64,000 nucleotides of DNA from Marsupella aquatica (lineage: Eukaryota > Plantae > Marchantiophyta). The stretch is taken from contig OZ316891.1 of assembly GCA_973895155.1 (NCBI GenBank), forward strand, positions 27,255,561 to 27,319,560, written 5' to 3'. Both the position numbers and the translations under genes were made by a program. Below, in pieces: positions 1 to 14,035 of this stretch (position 1 is the stretch's first letter; the number at the start of each line of letters is the position of its first letter). Below the pieces are notes generated by a model. It saw nothing but the letters and a program-made list of their open reading frames with translations. It was not told the origin of the DNA and did not search any database.

Positions 1-508
1 AACTAGACTCCATGGTTACCTTAACCATAGTTACCGTATAGGATAACTCGGGGGAGACTATATATAGAGATGCACCCATTCATTCTATAGAGAGGAATCT
101 CATTATCATTTCCCGCATCATTCCTCAACAATGATGTGAATGTGGAGGGTTGTTATTCGAATTATATCATACACAGGATAAGTATGTTAATTTTTGTATG
201 TGCTCCTAATGGCCATTGGTGTATTGTTGTCACCGTTCCCCTCTTCACATGGTCATCAATTCATGAAAGTATTTTTTAGAAATCATTGGGGAAATAAAAG
301 AGTTAATAACACACAAAATTTCAAGAATCAAAACAAATACATACCTTTTGATATTTTTTGGTGAATAGATGTAACACATTGTAAGTACAACCCGGCCTAT
401 TGTCTGCCCAACTCCTAGACAAGTGATACCTCTTCACCTCATTACATTGACTCAAATCCTTGTTGTGTCTTAACTTTCCCAAACAAATACTAGACTGCAT
501 CCTCTGCA

Positions 509-646
509 CCTACCGGGGTTTCCGTTAAATACCACAAAAACACACAAGCACACCAATGCACCAAAGGCTTGTGGCCGTCCTACCGGGGTTTCCGTTAAAT
601 ACCACAAAAACACATAAGCACACCAATGCACCAAAGGCTTGTGGCC
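509..646. repeat. Tandem duplication, ~70-bp unit x2
   Basis: cctaccggggtttccgttaaataccacaaaaacac...aaaggcttgtggcc occurs twice in tandem, near-identical. Confidence 0.85.
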
Positions 647-655
647 ATTACTAGG

Positions 656-1001
656 TGTTAAGCATTTACTTTTAGTCTAGGGTTATAACTATAATCATAG
701 TTAGGGCTTATCTTAGTTGTAGACTAAGTTAGGTTAACAAAACTACACACTATATGCCCAAGCAGTGTTTGCTTGGATAACAGAGAACTTTAGCTTATTC
801 TTACGGACCTAGTTGAGAGATATGGAGATTTTGTATTGGGGAGACTTGATATGACAAACGGGCCTATAGTGCAATAAACATCTCGTGTGTTCCCGTGGGC
901 ATAGCCTCAAGCTGAGGTGAACCGTGTATCTCTCCATGTCAACTACTTGTGCGTTGGATGGTTCATGGGCTTGCCGTTGCGATTGTTGTCTATGTTCAAC
1001 A
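656..1001 (+). mobile_element. Solo LTR related to the Copia LTRs at 44657/51242 (opposite orientation)
   Basis: TGTTA...CAACA termini, 346 bp; its reverse complement matches tgttgagcatagacgac...ggcaagcccatgaaccatccaacgcac; flanks ctagg/ccagg look like a decayed 5-bp TSD. Confidence 0.8.
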
Positions 1002-2599
1002 CCAGGGAGACGACATCGCTAAAAATTATCCTCCTACCTAAACTTTCCTACCTAACACATGTGGCACATACATGTGCAACAACCCTTTCCTACCCACCTA
1101 GGGTGACCAACGGTGTCTTCATTAGCGTCTACCAACCTAACTCCTATCAACGTACTAATCTTCTAAACGGGTTGCCATGTTTGCCGGTCCCAGTCTTTCC
1201 TCTGGTGGCCACCAACCCATTGTGCACAAGGGACCCCTACAATTGTCGAAAGCAAAATTTTCTCAAAATATTGTTTTGAGAAAACTTTTGGGTGGCCTCT
1301 TCCTTCCTAATTGCAATCCCTAAACGGCTCCCAAAATGGACTTTCAAGGGCCAACATATGGCCATCGAGTTTTTGACGTTTGGCCATCGTAACAAGAATC
1401 TTTGTCTGTACGGCCACTGCCTCATCCTGGAAATTTAGTGGAGGCCACTGGACATGGCCTCTTGCCTGGGGTGGCCAACAGTTCCTCACCTAGCTGTCGT
1501 ACACATGGTCGTGTTGCGTCGAATCTCAATTTTTCAGCAAAATGCTCTAGCTTGTATCTTACTCATCTCGACTCCGTGTGGAGCGTGCCATACCTTGTTG
1601 GATTCATCTCGGCAAGTAGTTTCCAACAATCTTGTAAACTTATAACTCTAAGATTGTTAAAAAATTGACCTTTGTATAGCCAACGTCCGTACGGATGGCT
1701 TGCCCACCAATGGTCATCTTCTCCCTCTATCATAGCCAATTCACAAATTTTCCTTGAGGTGGCCTCCTCTGATGGCCTCCTCCAAGTCCTCAAGAGATAA
1801 CCACTCCCCATTTTTCCAATGACCTCCTTTTCCACGATGGCCACCTCCTTGCATCCTTTGGCAATGACCTCTTTTACTTCTACAATGACCTCCATCTATT
1901 TCTATGATGGCCCCCATCCTTTTGTATTGCACAATTTGGGAATGACCAACCTCATGCTTTACGATGGCCTCCCAATAAAAGTCTACATTGACTAAAAGCT
2001 AGGGGCTCTGGTGGCCATGATCTCCACAACACAATTACTAGGCCATCGAGGTTGCCATTTTATGGGCGCTAAAAGTTCCAGGGAGTATGTCATTTTGTAC
2101 AGAATTGAAGCGAGACTTGAAGTGAACCAGTCAACCAGTGGACCTTGGTTTTGCATGGGGATCATCAAGGGCTCCAAATTGAATTCAAACATGACCATGT
2201 TTGGAATAGTACTAGCAAAGCAATGTCTGCTTCAATTTCAGCATTTTCTACATTTTAGTTATTCTTCCTATTTTGAACTTTGTGTGGAGCCCCCGACCAG
2301 CCCCCACCCACCAGGATGCCCACAGCTTGGCCTCTTTGTACCCCCTCAATGGCTCCATGCCATCCTTGGACCAAATTTCACCACTGCCAGGACACCCCTC
2401 TCAACTCCGGCCTTCGGTTGTGGCATCAATTTATTAGAACTAACAATGTTTTTGAAAATCCAAACACTTTTGCTACACCGACTTGTCTTTTTACTTATAA
2501 ACACAATTATAAGTCATCACTAAGTTACTACCGGGTTTGGAGCCTTGTCACATGATTTCCAGAGCATCTCAAAGCAGAGCAAAGACGACAAGTTATGGA

Positions 2600-2790
2600 T
2601 GGGATTCAGAATTCTTTCCCAAAGTACATTGTCAATAATTTTACTACTAAGAGCAAAGAAATCTGGTATAGATATTAATTCCACATTCCAAATTGCGTAC
2701 TTGGGGATATGCAAGTTAATTTGCTGACTGGCCAAAGGATTCTGGCAGAGTACAAATTGTGAAAGAAGGGGAGCATACAATGAAGTCTTC
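2600..2790. repeat. Dispersed repeat, also present as two copies at ~14810-15130
   Basis: Shared gagcaaag..tctggtatagat..ttccacattccaaattgc..atatgcaagtt..ggccaaaggattct; minus-strand WNVE.SIP..LRS.IIDN.LWER peptide in both. Confidence 0.75.
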
Positions 2791-3429
2791 GGTTCTTCGT
2801 GCACATTTGGGAACCTTGTCTTATGTTTTCACCTTGAAAACGAAAGCAGACCCAACATCTAGGAATGTTGTCTTCACTCAATGAGAATTGAGAGTTGTAT
2901 ATCCAAAAAATGGAATCAGAGCATGGCAATGGTCCAGCCTACAAGTGCTAAAGGCTAGTTTCCATGGGGCTAGGAGTGACGAGTATAAATGTGTGTCAAA
3001 ATGTTTGGGCCAATAAAGCCTTCAAGGAATCACTCCTTGACCCCACCAAAGTCGTGTTGTAGTAGCCCAATGTCTGTTGTGGATGTGGCCTTCCTGCCAT
3101 ATAGAAAATGGTGAAAAGAACAAAAGGCGCAATATTGGGAAAGGATCAAAATGGCAACAAACCCAATAAAGGGGGGAAACAAAGGGAAATAAACCACAAA
3201 GATAGAGGAGCAAAGAAACCCAAGTGCAAAAAATACCAAGAGCCAAAGAGCCCGAAAACCCCAAAACAATGGCCAAAGAACAAGGACTGGAGTTATATCG
3301 AGCAACAAACCAAAAAGCTTGGTACAGCTCCAAAGTAAACCACATAGGAGGGTCATGAAGAGGGATTTGACTAGAAGCCCTACAGGACTATAGCTGGTCA
3401 TCTTTTGCACAAGTGCTCTGGTTGAGGCC

Positions 3430-3950
3430 ATGTTGTTGTTGTGATTCTACCATGATTGCAAGTGTTGTCCATGCACATACTATTATTGTTATGTAAAGTT
3501 GTATGAGTGGAAGTGTTAGTGGTTCAAAGACTGTTCTTGTTGCATTCAAGTTGTGGGTGTGGGAGATGGTCACAGCAACACCTACACATGAAAAGGGTAG
3601 AATAATAGAAGGCATGAGTTGTGCCTGGGAAGGAGACGTTGCAAGTCACCCTTTGAGGTGCAGCCCACAGGCACACACACAACATTGACAATTTCTCTTT
3701 GTGCTTGGATGCAAGACCGTTTTGAAAGATCCAATGATCCCAAAAATGTTGTTGCTTTTTCATGTTAAATAATAAGCAAACCATGTCCATCCAAAATTTG
3801 GCGAGGTTGCTTAATATGGAGTTGGATAGCGTAACCTCACTGAGGTTATGTTTTAGTGTTAGACCATGTAGGGTAAGGTGGCAAGCAACACTTACTAATG
3901 TGTAATACTTGATACTTGTGGCCAGGCGCACATAGGATCATAGCCCACAA
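3430..3950. repeat. Dispersed repeat (decayed TE fragment), second copy at ~19560-20190
   Basis: Long collinear match, e.g. gatggtcacagcaacacctacacatg...gaggtgcagcccacaggcacacac...ttttgaaagatccaatgat...gtagggtaaggtggcaagcaaca. Confidence 0.8.
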
Positions 3951-6900
3951 TAACCCATTGGATCCGGTATTGACATAGTTCATGATTATTAGCTATGGAA
4001 CTAAACCCTTAACTTGTTTGCTCTTGCTTTAGTATAACTGCTTGACTATCTCTACCCTACATCGATCCTACATCTCCAAAGGTGTCCCTCCCTAGCCTCA
4101 AAATCACATGGGTACTACTATGCCCTTGCTATCCCTAGCCTCCAAAGGAGTCACCCTCAATCATGCCAACCTATGTCCATAATACCTATATATGGACCAT
4201 TTTCCATATGTCTCTTACCCCCAATCCCTATAGTAGAAAGTGTAAACAATGGATCCATCATAGAGGATAACCTGCAAGGTTCCAAGTTAGTGGCCTGGCC
4301 GCTTAGACTTTGCTCCATAGTCTTAGACACATGCATGATTTGCTAATTAATATTTGAAGGATTCTGGAAAATAATATTGGATCACTTTTATTCTTGACAT
4401 TTTAATATAGCCAAGAATGATATTGCAAATGGAAGAATTTTGCATTCATAGTTGGGCTATGGGAACTTGAAGGGTAGAGTGACTCTCACCCACCAAATAC
4501 AATGGAGAGGATTAGATGTAGACTTGGCACAAATGAGAGAAGAAGGGATTATCTTTTAGAGATCTGATGTTTATCACATATACTATGGATTAACCCTCAC
4601 ATACTACCATTTGTTTTCAAATATTGATACATTGTGCCTGATATTCACAAGGGAACATATTACCCGTATAGACCTAGCTTCCAGCTTTGCAGAGGATCTG
4701 CAAACTCCGAGAGATCACCCATGATTGTGTCTCAAACTGCAGGTCTAAGAATGTTTCCAAGAATGCTCAACTATTGATTGTGAGTTTTGAATCAGTGAAC
4801 CGAACATCTCTCAAGCTCACCAAAAAAGCAAACCAATCGGGTGCTCATGGGGTTAACTAAGTGTATATTTTGGGGTACCACATGCAATCATAGCCTAATA
4901 TAAACAGACCTATTTTATTAATAACCTATTTTACTTTATAAAAAGTATATATTAAAGAATATTCTATAAACATGAGTTTATAATACCTTCTTTTGCCTTC
5001 TACGCTTTTAAATTTTTTTGTTAATTTTTACCTATTTTGGATCACACGTGGTTCCTAAGATTTTTTATAGTCAACCCCACGAGACCGGGTGCCCCTTCCT
5101 TCCCCTCAAGCACGTGTCATGATCTCTACGTAATCATTCATTGGCTCACTAATCCATGAGATCTCAACATAATCTCTTGCTCTTGATGGCCAGGTGAGCA
5201 TACCCCCACCATCTATTCTTCTGGATACCGGCCATCCCAAGACCACCTTTGGTCCTTTACATGCTGCCCCCACCCAAAGGCTTGTGGATATGCCCTTGGA
5301 TTGACACGTTGGCTTTGGAATGTTGACGACGAGGTTGACGACAATGGTATCTTCTGGTCTTTTGAGCCAACTTACAATTATGCCCGCAATTATGCCCATT
5401 TGTGTATCCCCGTGTTTACCTAGCCTTGGTGCGGGAAGCTTGGCTTTGGATAGGACTTCAAGTGTAGGCAAGTCCAAGCATATTGAACACATATCTAGGC
5501 ATTGTTGATGCCGCATGCAAGTTTTGGCCCTCCACTACTCCAAGCCGCTCAAGTACGTACTTAGGTTATGACAATAGTCCAAGCACAAAGCACATGACTA
5601 ACATCCAACTTGCATGGTGGCACTCTCTGGTCCAAGGACAAAGTTTCATCTAGGCGTTTCGCTTCAAAAGCTGTCAAATTCCAAGTGCTACAACATAAGG
5701 GCCCGATGTCCGTCAAGAATATGCCTTATAACGCTATGATCGGTTCAACACATTTCTCAACTCTAGGATACGTGTTGAGCATAGACGACACTCGTAACGG
5801 TAAGCACATGACACATCCACTGCGCAAGTAGTCGACACAAGAGATACGTGGTTCACCTCCTCGAGGTTACGTCCACAGGAACACACATGTAGTTTGCTAT
5901 GAAGAACCAAAAACACACTTAAAGGTCTTCAAACTCAGTATTCGTTCCCGTAAAGAACAAGATGGGGTTGGTTTGATAGATTTAAACAATAATAAAGAAC
6001 TAAAAATGTTTTTCACACATAGTAATCAAGTTTGATTACTTTAATAAAGTATTTTGAAGATCGCTCCACAGCGGTGAGTAGTTTACAATGATAACTCAGC
6101 ATCAGGTAACCATAAATTAATAAAAAAGGAATGATTAACAAAACACAAGGAAAAATATCTTAAAGTATGCTAAGGGAGTCTGGAATTTTTCAAGGTTACT
6201 CCTTAAACATAAGTAAAAATGAAAAGACTTAAGGATTCAAATCCATATTGCTTTTCAGATCTAAAATGCTTACTAGAGTACTCTTTTAAAGTGTCGTCAA
6301 CACGTCTTATCCTTTCTTTCTAAATGGTACTCAGATAAGATCTAAAAGGTAACTACTTCAACATTTAGATGGTACTAAGCAACATGAAAGAAAATCCATC
6401 AATTTCAATAAGACTTAAACTCAATGAGTTTACTCTAAGAACTCAAGAGATTGTAATGAGTCACCAATAAGGAATCTATCATTACAACTCAAAAGATTTG
6501 CACAAAAGGAATTTTAGTTCCTGTGTTTATAATCATAGGTAAAAACACAAGAAGGAGGAAAGTCTTCTCTAGGTGTCAAGCTTGATCTCGAACTCTTAAC
6601 ATTCATGATCAACTGGCAGAACACCAAGGAAAGGCAAAAATTGCTAGACTTTACCATCAACTACACTAGTGGTGGAGGGGTCTTATAGTAAAAACCTACA
6701 GGGTAAGAGGTCATAGGGTCGAAGAGACATGCCTCTTCATACTCCTCAAAAAGTCAAAATAGCAATTCAGTAAGTGGAAAGCCGGGAAATGGCTAAGTAA
6801 GAACCCGCAAAAGCATAAAAGCGTAAAGATGTAAACTCGTAAAAGCATAAAAACGTAAAGGCGTAATCCGGTGAATGCGGTAGACTTAAAGACTTACCAA

Positions 6901-7248
6901 ATTCAACTATTTTGAACTTTCTACTCCTGGCTCGGAAAATTCTGAAAATTTGCCAGTGAGTTTCTTTATGTATAGACTATATACTAAAGAAGTTTCATAG
7001 CTTTTAAAGCTCTATAACTCATTTTGAAAAATAGGAAAAGATGCACTATTCTTAAAACTAACTAAAAACACTTAGTTTCTGCCTCAAGCTTGTTGTCGGA
7101 TGTCTTTTGGTTCGAGTAGCTCCACTGCTGTAATAGTTCGATTCTATGTAACTTCCATCAGTTCAGCCTGGCGTGGGGATCCTTGAGAGTAGGGTAGGCA
7201 TCTCAGTTGTCTTTCAGGATACATCAGGGGCATTCTTCTCCTTAGATA

Positions 7249-9513
7249 TCATATGTCTATTCGAAGAGCTTCTCTATATATCCCAATCACGTCATAATTA
7301 TTGCAAGTAGTAGCATATACTTGGGGATAATGGTATAGGAAGTCATCAGAGTTCAGCATCCTGGAATAGAAAGGGTGAAGCCTCCATTTGACATCTCTAA
7401 AATACCGGTTGAAGTTGGCCAGAGTTTGAGAGGTGACATTGTTCCAGATCCTCTGTTTCTCAGCAAATGAGCTGGTTGAAACAAGGGTAACCTTGGGCTC
7501 TCGAGGAAGGTAAGCGTTCTGGGGAGAAGTAGATTTCTTACTCTGCATGAGAAAAGAAACCACAAAATCTAGGGCATAAGCTGCCAAATTTCCAAAATAT
7601 GCCAGAACTAAATCTGGATCCTTCACCTCTACATCACCCTGAAGTAGCATCACAACAAGAATGGGTCGGAAATAGAGAGAGTCAGTCCAGAACTCATCGA
7701 ATTGTGCCATCTCCAGTCTGGAAGTTCCAAAACACCTGAGGTCGAAGATATAACTGGCTTTTGTCTTCTTGAGATAGTAGTATTTCCAGAACTCTCCAAT
7801 CGATGGTCTGTTGGCTTGCATTATCTTATAGGTCTCCACATACCTGTGCACTTGGGACTCTGGATGTCTCGGGTATCTACTCTCGATGGTGGCATTCCGA
7901 GGTGTTTGAGTAGATGAGGTGACAACTGCTACTAAGTTTGGATTGGATCTTAAGGTAGTATCAACATATTCAAATCCCTGCCTTGGGGATGACTCAAGAG
8001 AATTATCATAAGATCTATAAGTTTCACCATCTGAGGGTGGATCAGAGTCTTCAGGTAGATCTTCTCTGTCGTAAGGGTGCTCATATTGTGATCGATTGTA
8101 GGTGGGTCCTTCTGTGGGTTCGTAGTTGGAATCAGGGCTGAAAGGTTGCGAACCTGGGCTAGGAGTAGGACTAGCAGTTGGACATTGTTGGATCAAGTTG
8201 CGGACCACAGATGCTATCTGTCGAGGTTCACACTGTAGTATTTCTAACAAGTCATCCACAATGGCCACACAGCTGGTACTATCTGCTAGTGGAACAGGTT
8301 CACTTGTTTCTAGGGGAGGGGGCTGTACAATGACAGGAGTACAGATCACAAACTCCATTGGTGCTGGTTCTCTTGGGGAAGAGGTCATTCTGACAGGACT
8401 TAGCTGGTCATGAAATGGTGATCCCAAACTAACAGCCTCCATTCTCAAATTATTAACAGCATCATATAGTCCATCATCACTGCAACTGAGAAGAGATGTC
8501 AACTTATCAATAAGTTGCTGATTCAATTCTTCTTTCGAAGGAGTGGACGAGCTGGTCCTTAGGATGACAGCAGTAGTTGGTGTAGCAACATCGTCTTGTT
8601 GATGAATGCTCCTTACTTCTTCAGCTTCTAGTGGATCTGCATCCGTAGTCCGGCTGGGGGAATTCTCATTACTTATTGGATGACAAACAACTTCCCTGCT
8701 ATGCATAGGAGAATGTGTAGGAACTTCTAATGAAGCATCCTGCAGAGGAACATCAACATTCTCTGCAACGTTCTGATCATTCGAATTCAATGGGGTGACA
8801 TGTACAATGTCCTCCATAGGAATTTCTTCTTCAATACCCAAGTCAATCAGGAGTAACCCCCTCTCTGTCTCTTCCTCCAGATATAAACAGTCATGGGTAT
8901 AATAGAGCTGAGAGAGATAATTCTGTAAGCAAGTGGTCCTCCCTGCTTCCAAGCTCCTTACTTGATCCTTCATTACATTAAACAGAAGTAGGGCCCAATT
9001 TACTTTTATAGCTCCACTATGAGCAGCTACAATGGTGTTAGCCAAGGCCACAGGACAGAGAGTTGGCTTTTTCGGATGAAGAATGGGTACCAGGAATTCC
9101 ATGAGCACTCTCAATTCAGGATAAGTACACTGGGACAAGTTCCAACCATTCTTGGCATTTCGAGTTCCTGAGAAGTATGGAGTAGATAAGTCCTACTTCT
9201 TGGAATATAACGCCTCTCCTTCTGACGGGCATCCAAAGGCGTAAGCAATTTGCTCAACAGTCCACAGGCTGGGGTGAGCTCGAATCGTTCGCTTGAATTC
9301 AATCGAGATGATAGTCCCCTCCACAAAATCCTGCAAGTAGGAGTCGAGCTTGACATTCCAGGGGATCCTGAGCAAGCGCTCCAATCCTAAGTGCTGTAAA
9401 GAGTCTTGTAGATTAGAAAGACTATCAGGCGCTCGTGGTATACGAGCTGCCACTACTTTTGAGACTGCTAGAGCTTCAATTTGATACTGTTCCTCAGCAC
9501 CCAGGTTCGCCAT
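7249..9513 (-). pseudogene. TE-associated uncharacterised protein; one frame broken by a single TAG at 9193-9195
   Basis: ORFs 9193-9756 and 7249-9138 are in the same frame. N-terminal IRAHPSLWT..KNGW..C..EFLVPILHPKKPT..LANTI..VNWA resembles accessory ORFs of bryophyte retroelements (from memory), followed by a P/S/E-rich linker. Confidence 0.55.
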
Positions 9514-9719
9514 AGCTGCAACAGTGATTTGCGTGCTGCAAAGGTTGCTTTCAAAGAGAAAGAGCAAGTGAATAGGGGTGGTGAAAATACAGGAGTGAGC
9601 GCCTGAACTCTCTGCTTGATTCCTATCAAGGTATGAAGTCCCCAATCCGTTTCTAAGTCCCGTTGCGAAGTTAGCCGTAGCGCCGTAACGTACACTTTCC
9701 TTAAACGCGTAAGGTGTAG

Positions 9720-9840
9720 GCCGTAACCCCGTATCGGCGTAAACACGTAAACCCATAAACCCATAAACCCGTAAACCCGTAAACCCATAATGCTTATACG
9801 CGTAAATGCGTAATTCCGTTATAAAGTATACCCGTAGTTT
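9720..9840. repeat. Short tandem aaaccc(g/a)t repeats; related tracts at ~6800-6880 and ~20480-20620
   Basis: aaacccataaacccataaacccgtaaacccgtaaacccat, 8-bp unit. Confidence 0.7.
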
Positions 9841-10363
9841 ACACTTGGCATTTTAACAGCAACAGCAGGCTTAAACACTGTAAAAAGTTTAAAATTTTCA
9901 GTAGTTTCAGGTTTTCTGTATTACCCAATACTCACAATACAAGAGAGCTTTACTGAACTCTAAGCTCGTCGGCCATACCAAATCTCCACAGTGTAAGCTC
10001 TCCTCATCTCTCAAGTGGCTCCATAATAATGAGCCTAAGTTCCACTTATCCAAGCAAACACCGCTTGGTATATAGTGTGCATCCTAGTTAACCTAACCAC
10101 ATCTTCGACTACGGTTAGTCTAACTATGGTTACATGTCGTAACCCTAGACCTTGAGTAAATACCTAACAATACAGGGTATGTCTTTTGACCAACTTCTTG
10201 AAATGATAATGTCCTATCTCTTGCTTCCTTGACTAGAAAGTTGTTGTAAGATGATCCACGATACCTTATCACACAAGCTATGTAGTGAGAACCTAAGGTT
10301 GTGTACCCCCTTGTGAGCCTTGCATCCAAACATAGCTAGATGACATATGTATTATAACCATAG

Positions 10364-10712
10364 TGTTGAGCAAAATAACCATCACTCATAAGACAACATG
10401 CACACATGCAACATCCACCAAATACAATAGTCAACACAGGATATATGTGGATCACCCCATTAGAGGTTACATCCACAGGAACACAAAAAAGAGCTTTACT
10501 GAACTCAAGCCCGCTGACTATATCGAGTGTCCACAAACTAAGCTCCTCCTATCTCCCAACTGGCTCCGTAACAATGATCATAAGTTTCATGCATTGGCTA
10601 AGTCCTGTTAGTGTATATAGTAGTGACACATCTAACCTTAGCCAAGCACATGACTATGGTTAGACTAACTCTGATTAGAAAGTAATTCTATACTAAGAAT
10701 AAATACCTAACA
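10364..10712 (-). mobile_element. Diverged solo LTR, same family
   Basis: tgttgagca...ccacaggaacac..gagctttactgaactc..ctccgtaacaatga..aaatacctaaca; 349 bp; TG...CA termini. Confidence 0.7.
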
Positions 10713-11434
10713 AGTAGCACCCGCTTTTAAATGCATTACCAAATATTTGTCTGTGTGGACAAATATTTAGACAAACAAAAGGAAAAAAAGGAAGAAACCA
10801 TTGTTTGTCTAGATGGGTGTCTAGAGCCCTCACTAGCTCAAGTTTACATAATTATGAGAGTTAAACTACTAGACCCACAAAAGTTGGGTGAAAAAGGACC
10901 CTCATTTGATCATTGTGATGGTTAGATTGCCACATCTAATATGAAGTCACCCTCACATCCATTTTTTTTTCACATATCCTTGAAACATTAGGCCTTCTTA
11001 GATCTGGCTGTATCATCACATATTCCCTAGGTCACCCAATATTTGTCCATGGATGGAAAAGACCCACATATACAACAAAGGAAGGAATTATTAAGATTAT
11101 TTTCCTCCAACCCAAAGTGCAATTTTAAGAGATCGCTCACTCTAAATAGGGTTTTTTACCTGGAGAGAGGGATGGATATATGTGCAATGTGTGGAAAACA
11201 TATGTAAATACAAGAATGCGTTTCACTAGAGCAACCCCACAGGTGATTACTTTTGGTTGATATAATCGACACATACTGTAAACCTAGAAAAAAAGTTGTC
11301 AAAATTGCATTTAAAGTGCCCAGTAGGCCTCGGTACTACGCAAAACCCCATTGGGTTTGAGATTCTCTTATACATCTGTAACTCTGAGGAGGTTCTTTTT
11401 GGCTCGAGAGGAAAGGTTTCGAGAGGGCGATAAA

Positions 11435-11530
11435 AAACCCTAGACCATCGAAGGGCCGACTCACAGGCTCGAGAGAGGAGGTCCTGCACATCGAGTCGAA
11501 ACCCTAGACCATCGAAACCCTAGACCATCG
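11435..11530 (+). promoter_or_regulatory. Three telo-box-like AAACCCTA motifs upstream of RPS7
   Basis: AAACCCTAGACCATCG at 11435, 11499 and 11515; telo-boxes are typical of plant ribosomal-protein promoters. Confidence 0.6.
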
Positions 11531-11637
11531 GAAGTCCGGCGTGGCGTTGCCCCTCTCGCTGTAGTGTTGTGCAGGAGCGTTGCCTTGTGCTCCTTCTTTC
11601 ACTCAGTCTCTTGCAGGACGCTAGGGCTGCTGCAATC

Positions 11638-12920
11638 ATGTTTACAGCACGCAGGAAGATCCAGAAGGAGAAGGGCCTTGAGCCTGATGAGTTCGAAGAA
11701 AATGTAGCCCAGGTGAGATTTCTTGGCTGTGATGGATGCGTTTTTGACGCTCGATGCTTGCTGAGCTGATGGATGATTTGTTTCTAGTTTTGACTTGTGG
11801 AATGGCGTATTGCCGTTGGAACGTATTTGCAGGCGTTGTTCGACCTGGAGACTACAAATCAGGAGTTGAAGAGTGACCTGCGAGATTTGTATATCAACTC
11901 TGCCAAGTAAGTGCTGTGTGTTTAGCCCGGTGCATCTTCGCTTTTGTTCTGGCGACATCTCTTGTGATTCCATTTTTGGTCGAGCCGAGTTGCTCATTTG
12001 GTGGCGTGGTGGTTTGCAGGGAGGTCGATGTTTCTTCTAACAGGAAGGCAATCATCATTCATGTTCCGTACCGATTGAGGAAAGCCTTCCAAAAAATTCA
12101 TGCAAGGCTCGTCCGTGAGCTTGAGAAGAAGTTTAGTGGCAAGGTATGTCCATCGCTCCCTGTTGGTGTACACGCTAGGGCATCTGATAGTCCCGGGTGC
12201 GATCAATCTTTGGGGAGTTTCCTAAATTTCCTTAGTTGAACGATGTTATTTAGGGTTTGACACCACTTGACCTGTGGGCACACCTCGTGCAGGATGTCGT
12301 GATCATTGCCACCAGGCGCATTCTCAAGCCCCCTAAGAAGGGAACTGCCGCTGTCCGACCCCGCAGCAGAACTTTGACTTCCGTGCATGAGGCAATTTTG
12401 GAAGATTTGGTTTACCCCACCGAAATCGTTGGCAAGCGCATCCGGTATCGACTCGACGGCTCCAGAATCATGCGGGTAAGTCTTCATTCATATCTTCTCC
12501 AGTGGTTAGGTCTAACGTGAGTTAGACCATACTTCCATAAACGTGTCTGCTCGAAATCCTAGAAATTCTACTTTCGCAGAGGTGGAGGAGCATATGGCGA
12601 CTAACCGCTGTACCCGAGGAAACTTGCCACAGTTTCTTTCCAAGCTCGCTTGTATGCCATGGTGATGAAGTAGTTTGTTATTCTCGAAGCGGCGAGTGGT
12701 GTACCCATCATTTCGTGATAAGATTCTATTCATGGTGTTGATGGAAAATCCTAATTCAATTTTAAAATCCATACGCCTACGTGAGCAGGTGTATCTGGAC
12801 CCTAAGGAGAGGAACACGACAGAGTATAAGCTGGAGACTTATGGAGGTGTTTACAAGCGGTTGACAGGGAAGGAGGTGACCTTCGAGTACCCTGTACAAG
12901 AGGCTGCCGCAGCAGCTTAG
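11638..12920 (+). CDS. RPS7: 40S ribosomal protein S7 (eS7); exons 11638-11712, 11833-11906, 12020-12143, 12293-12475, 12789-12920 (195 aa)
   Basis: [32 protein letters not shown]|[71 protein letters not shown]; all introns GT-AG with compatible phases. Confidence 0.97.
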
Positions 12921-14035
12921 AGTATAGCTGACCAGGAATCTCATCTCTGTTCTTTTCCTTACATTTGAGATATCTCTACGTTAGGTCCGGCCAGTCACAA
13001 GACAACAATGAAAAAGTGTTTTTTGAGGGTTCGTCTTCGCTGGTTCCTTAAACCAAATTGTAATGATTGATGTAGAGATCTGAGTAGTGAAAACTGAATG
13101 GATCATTTAGAGATTAGAATACGGAGTACTCAATTTTTCATTTAGAGCTTCAAAGCACGGAAGCTTTGCGCGGATTGATCATGTATTTCAATAACCAGCA
13201 AGCTAAGCAGTCTTGAGGTAAGCCCCAGCGGTACATGTGGAACTGAGTGTCAGACTCTTGGTTGCGTTCTCAGTCTACAGGTTCACTTGCAATATTTCAT
13301 CCAACAATGCCATACGTAATGTCCGCTTGTTTTCTCTAGCTTGGGAGTGAAGTCAATTCCCAAGCCAGTCAAGAGTAAGAACTCCAACAAAGTATCCAAA
13401 ATCTCTTTCCGGTTTTGTTCCCTCGACCTTGCCTTGTCTAACGATTGTTGCCTGCTGGCCCCGCTGTCCTGTTTTGACTAGAAGCCTATCTGTTTTAGTT
13501 CTTTCGACTACGCAATACATTCAGACGCTTCTCAATCACCACCTTTTCTTCGAATCATTCTTTCAGTCGAAGGAACTTTCTTCAAATAGATTGGCCTTTT
13601 TCTTGTGCCAGCTCTGAAATAAATTTCCTAGCCCGCACTTCTCTAACTACGTTTGTCTGATTGGAGTTTGAGTGTGTGAAGGGTTTATCGCATCACACTG
13701 GCTTTATAATTGCACTAATTTATACATGATGATGTGCTGGTAGGAGTGACCTGTGCTTTCTTACGAGAAGTTTTAGCGCTTTTGTCACCTGACTGAGTAC
13801 ACTTCGTGAGACTCTTCTCACTGAATTTGTTCTGTGTCCAACGAGCCTGGAAGGTTTTGAGCTCTATGGAGTCAAAAGTCCATTTGATGCCGTTCCCCCA
13901 GATCCATGAGTTGGCATCCCATCAGTTTCTGACGAAAACCAGCCCTAACAATCGCGGTCCAGAATTATTAAACCAGTGCTCAAGGAAAACAATGAACTCT
14001 GTTTAGTATTCAAAATTAGTTACAGGTGCTGAACC

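Larger units (their letters stand above)
5773..10169 (-). mobile_element. Solo LTR of the same Copia-related family split by a ~4-kb ORF-bearing insert (LTR halves 5773-5887 and ~9942-10169)
   Basis: 5773 begins tgttgagcatagacgacac and matches the LTR up to ggaacacaca; the LTR resumes at agagagctttactgaactc and ends tacctaaca at 10169; flanks atacg/ataca resemble a 5-bp TSD. Confidence 0.75.

Noticed and set aside
1000-5700. Short ORFs as genes
   Set aside because: No recognisable domains; low-complexity, decayed repeat-like sequence
12660-12780. Intronic C/D snoRNA in RPS7 intron 4
   Set aside because: A GTGATGA box-C-like motif is present but I found no downstream CTGA box D or terminal stem
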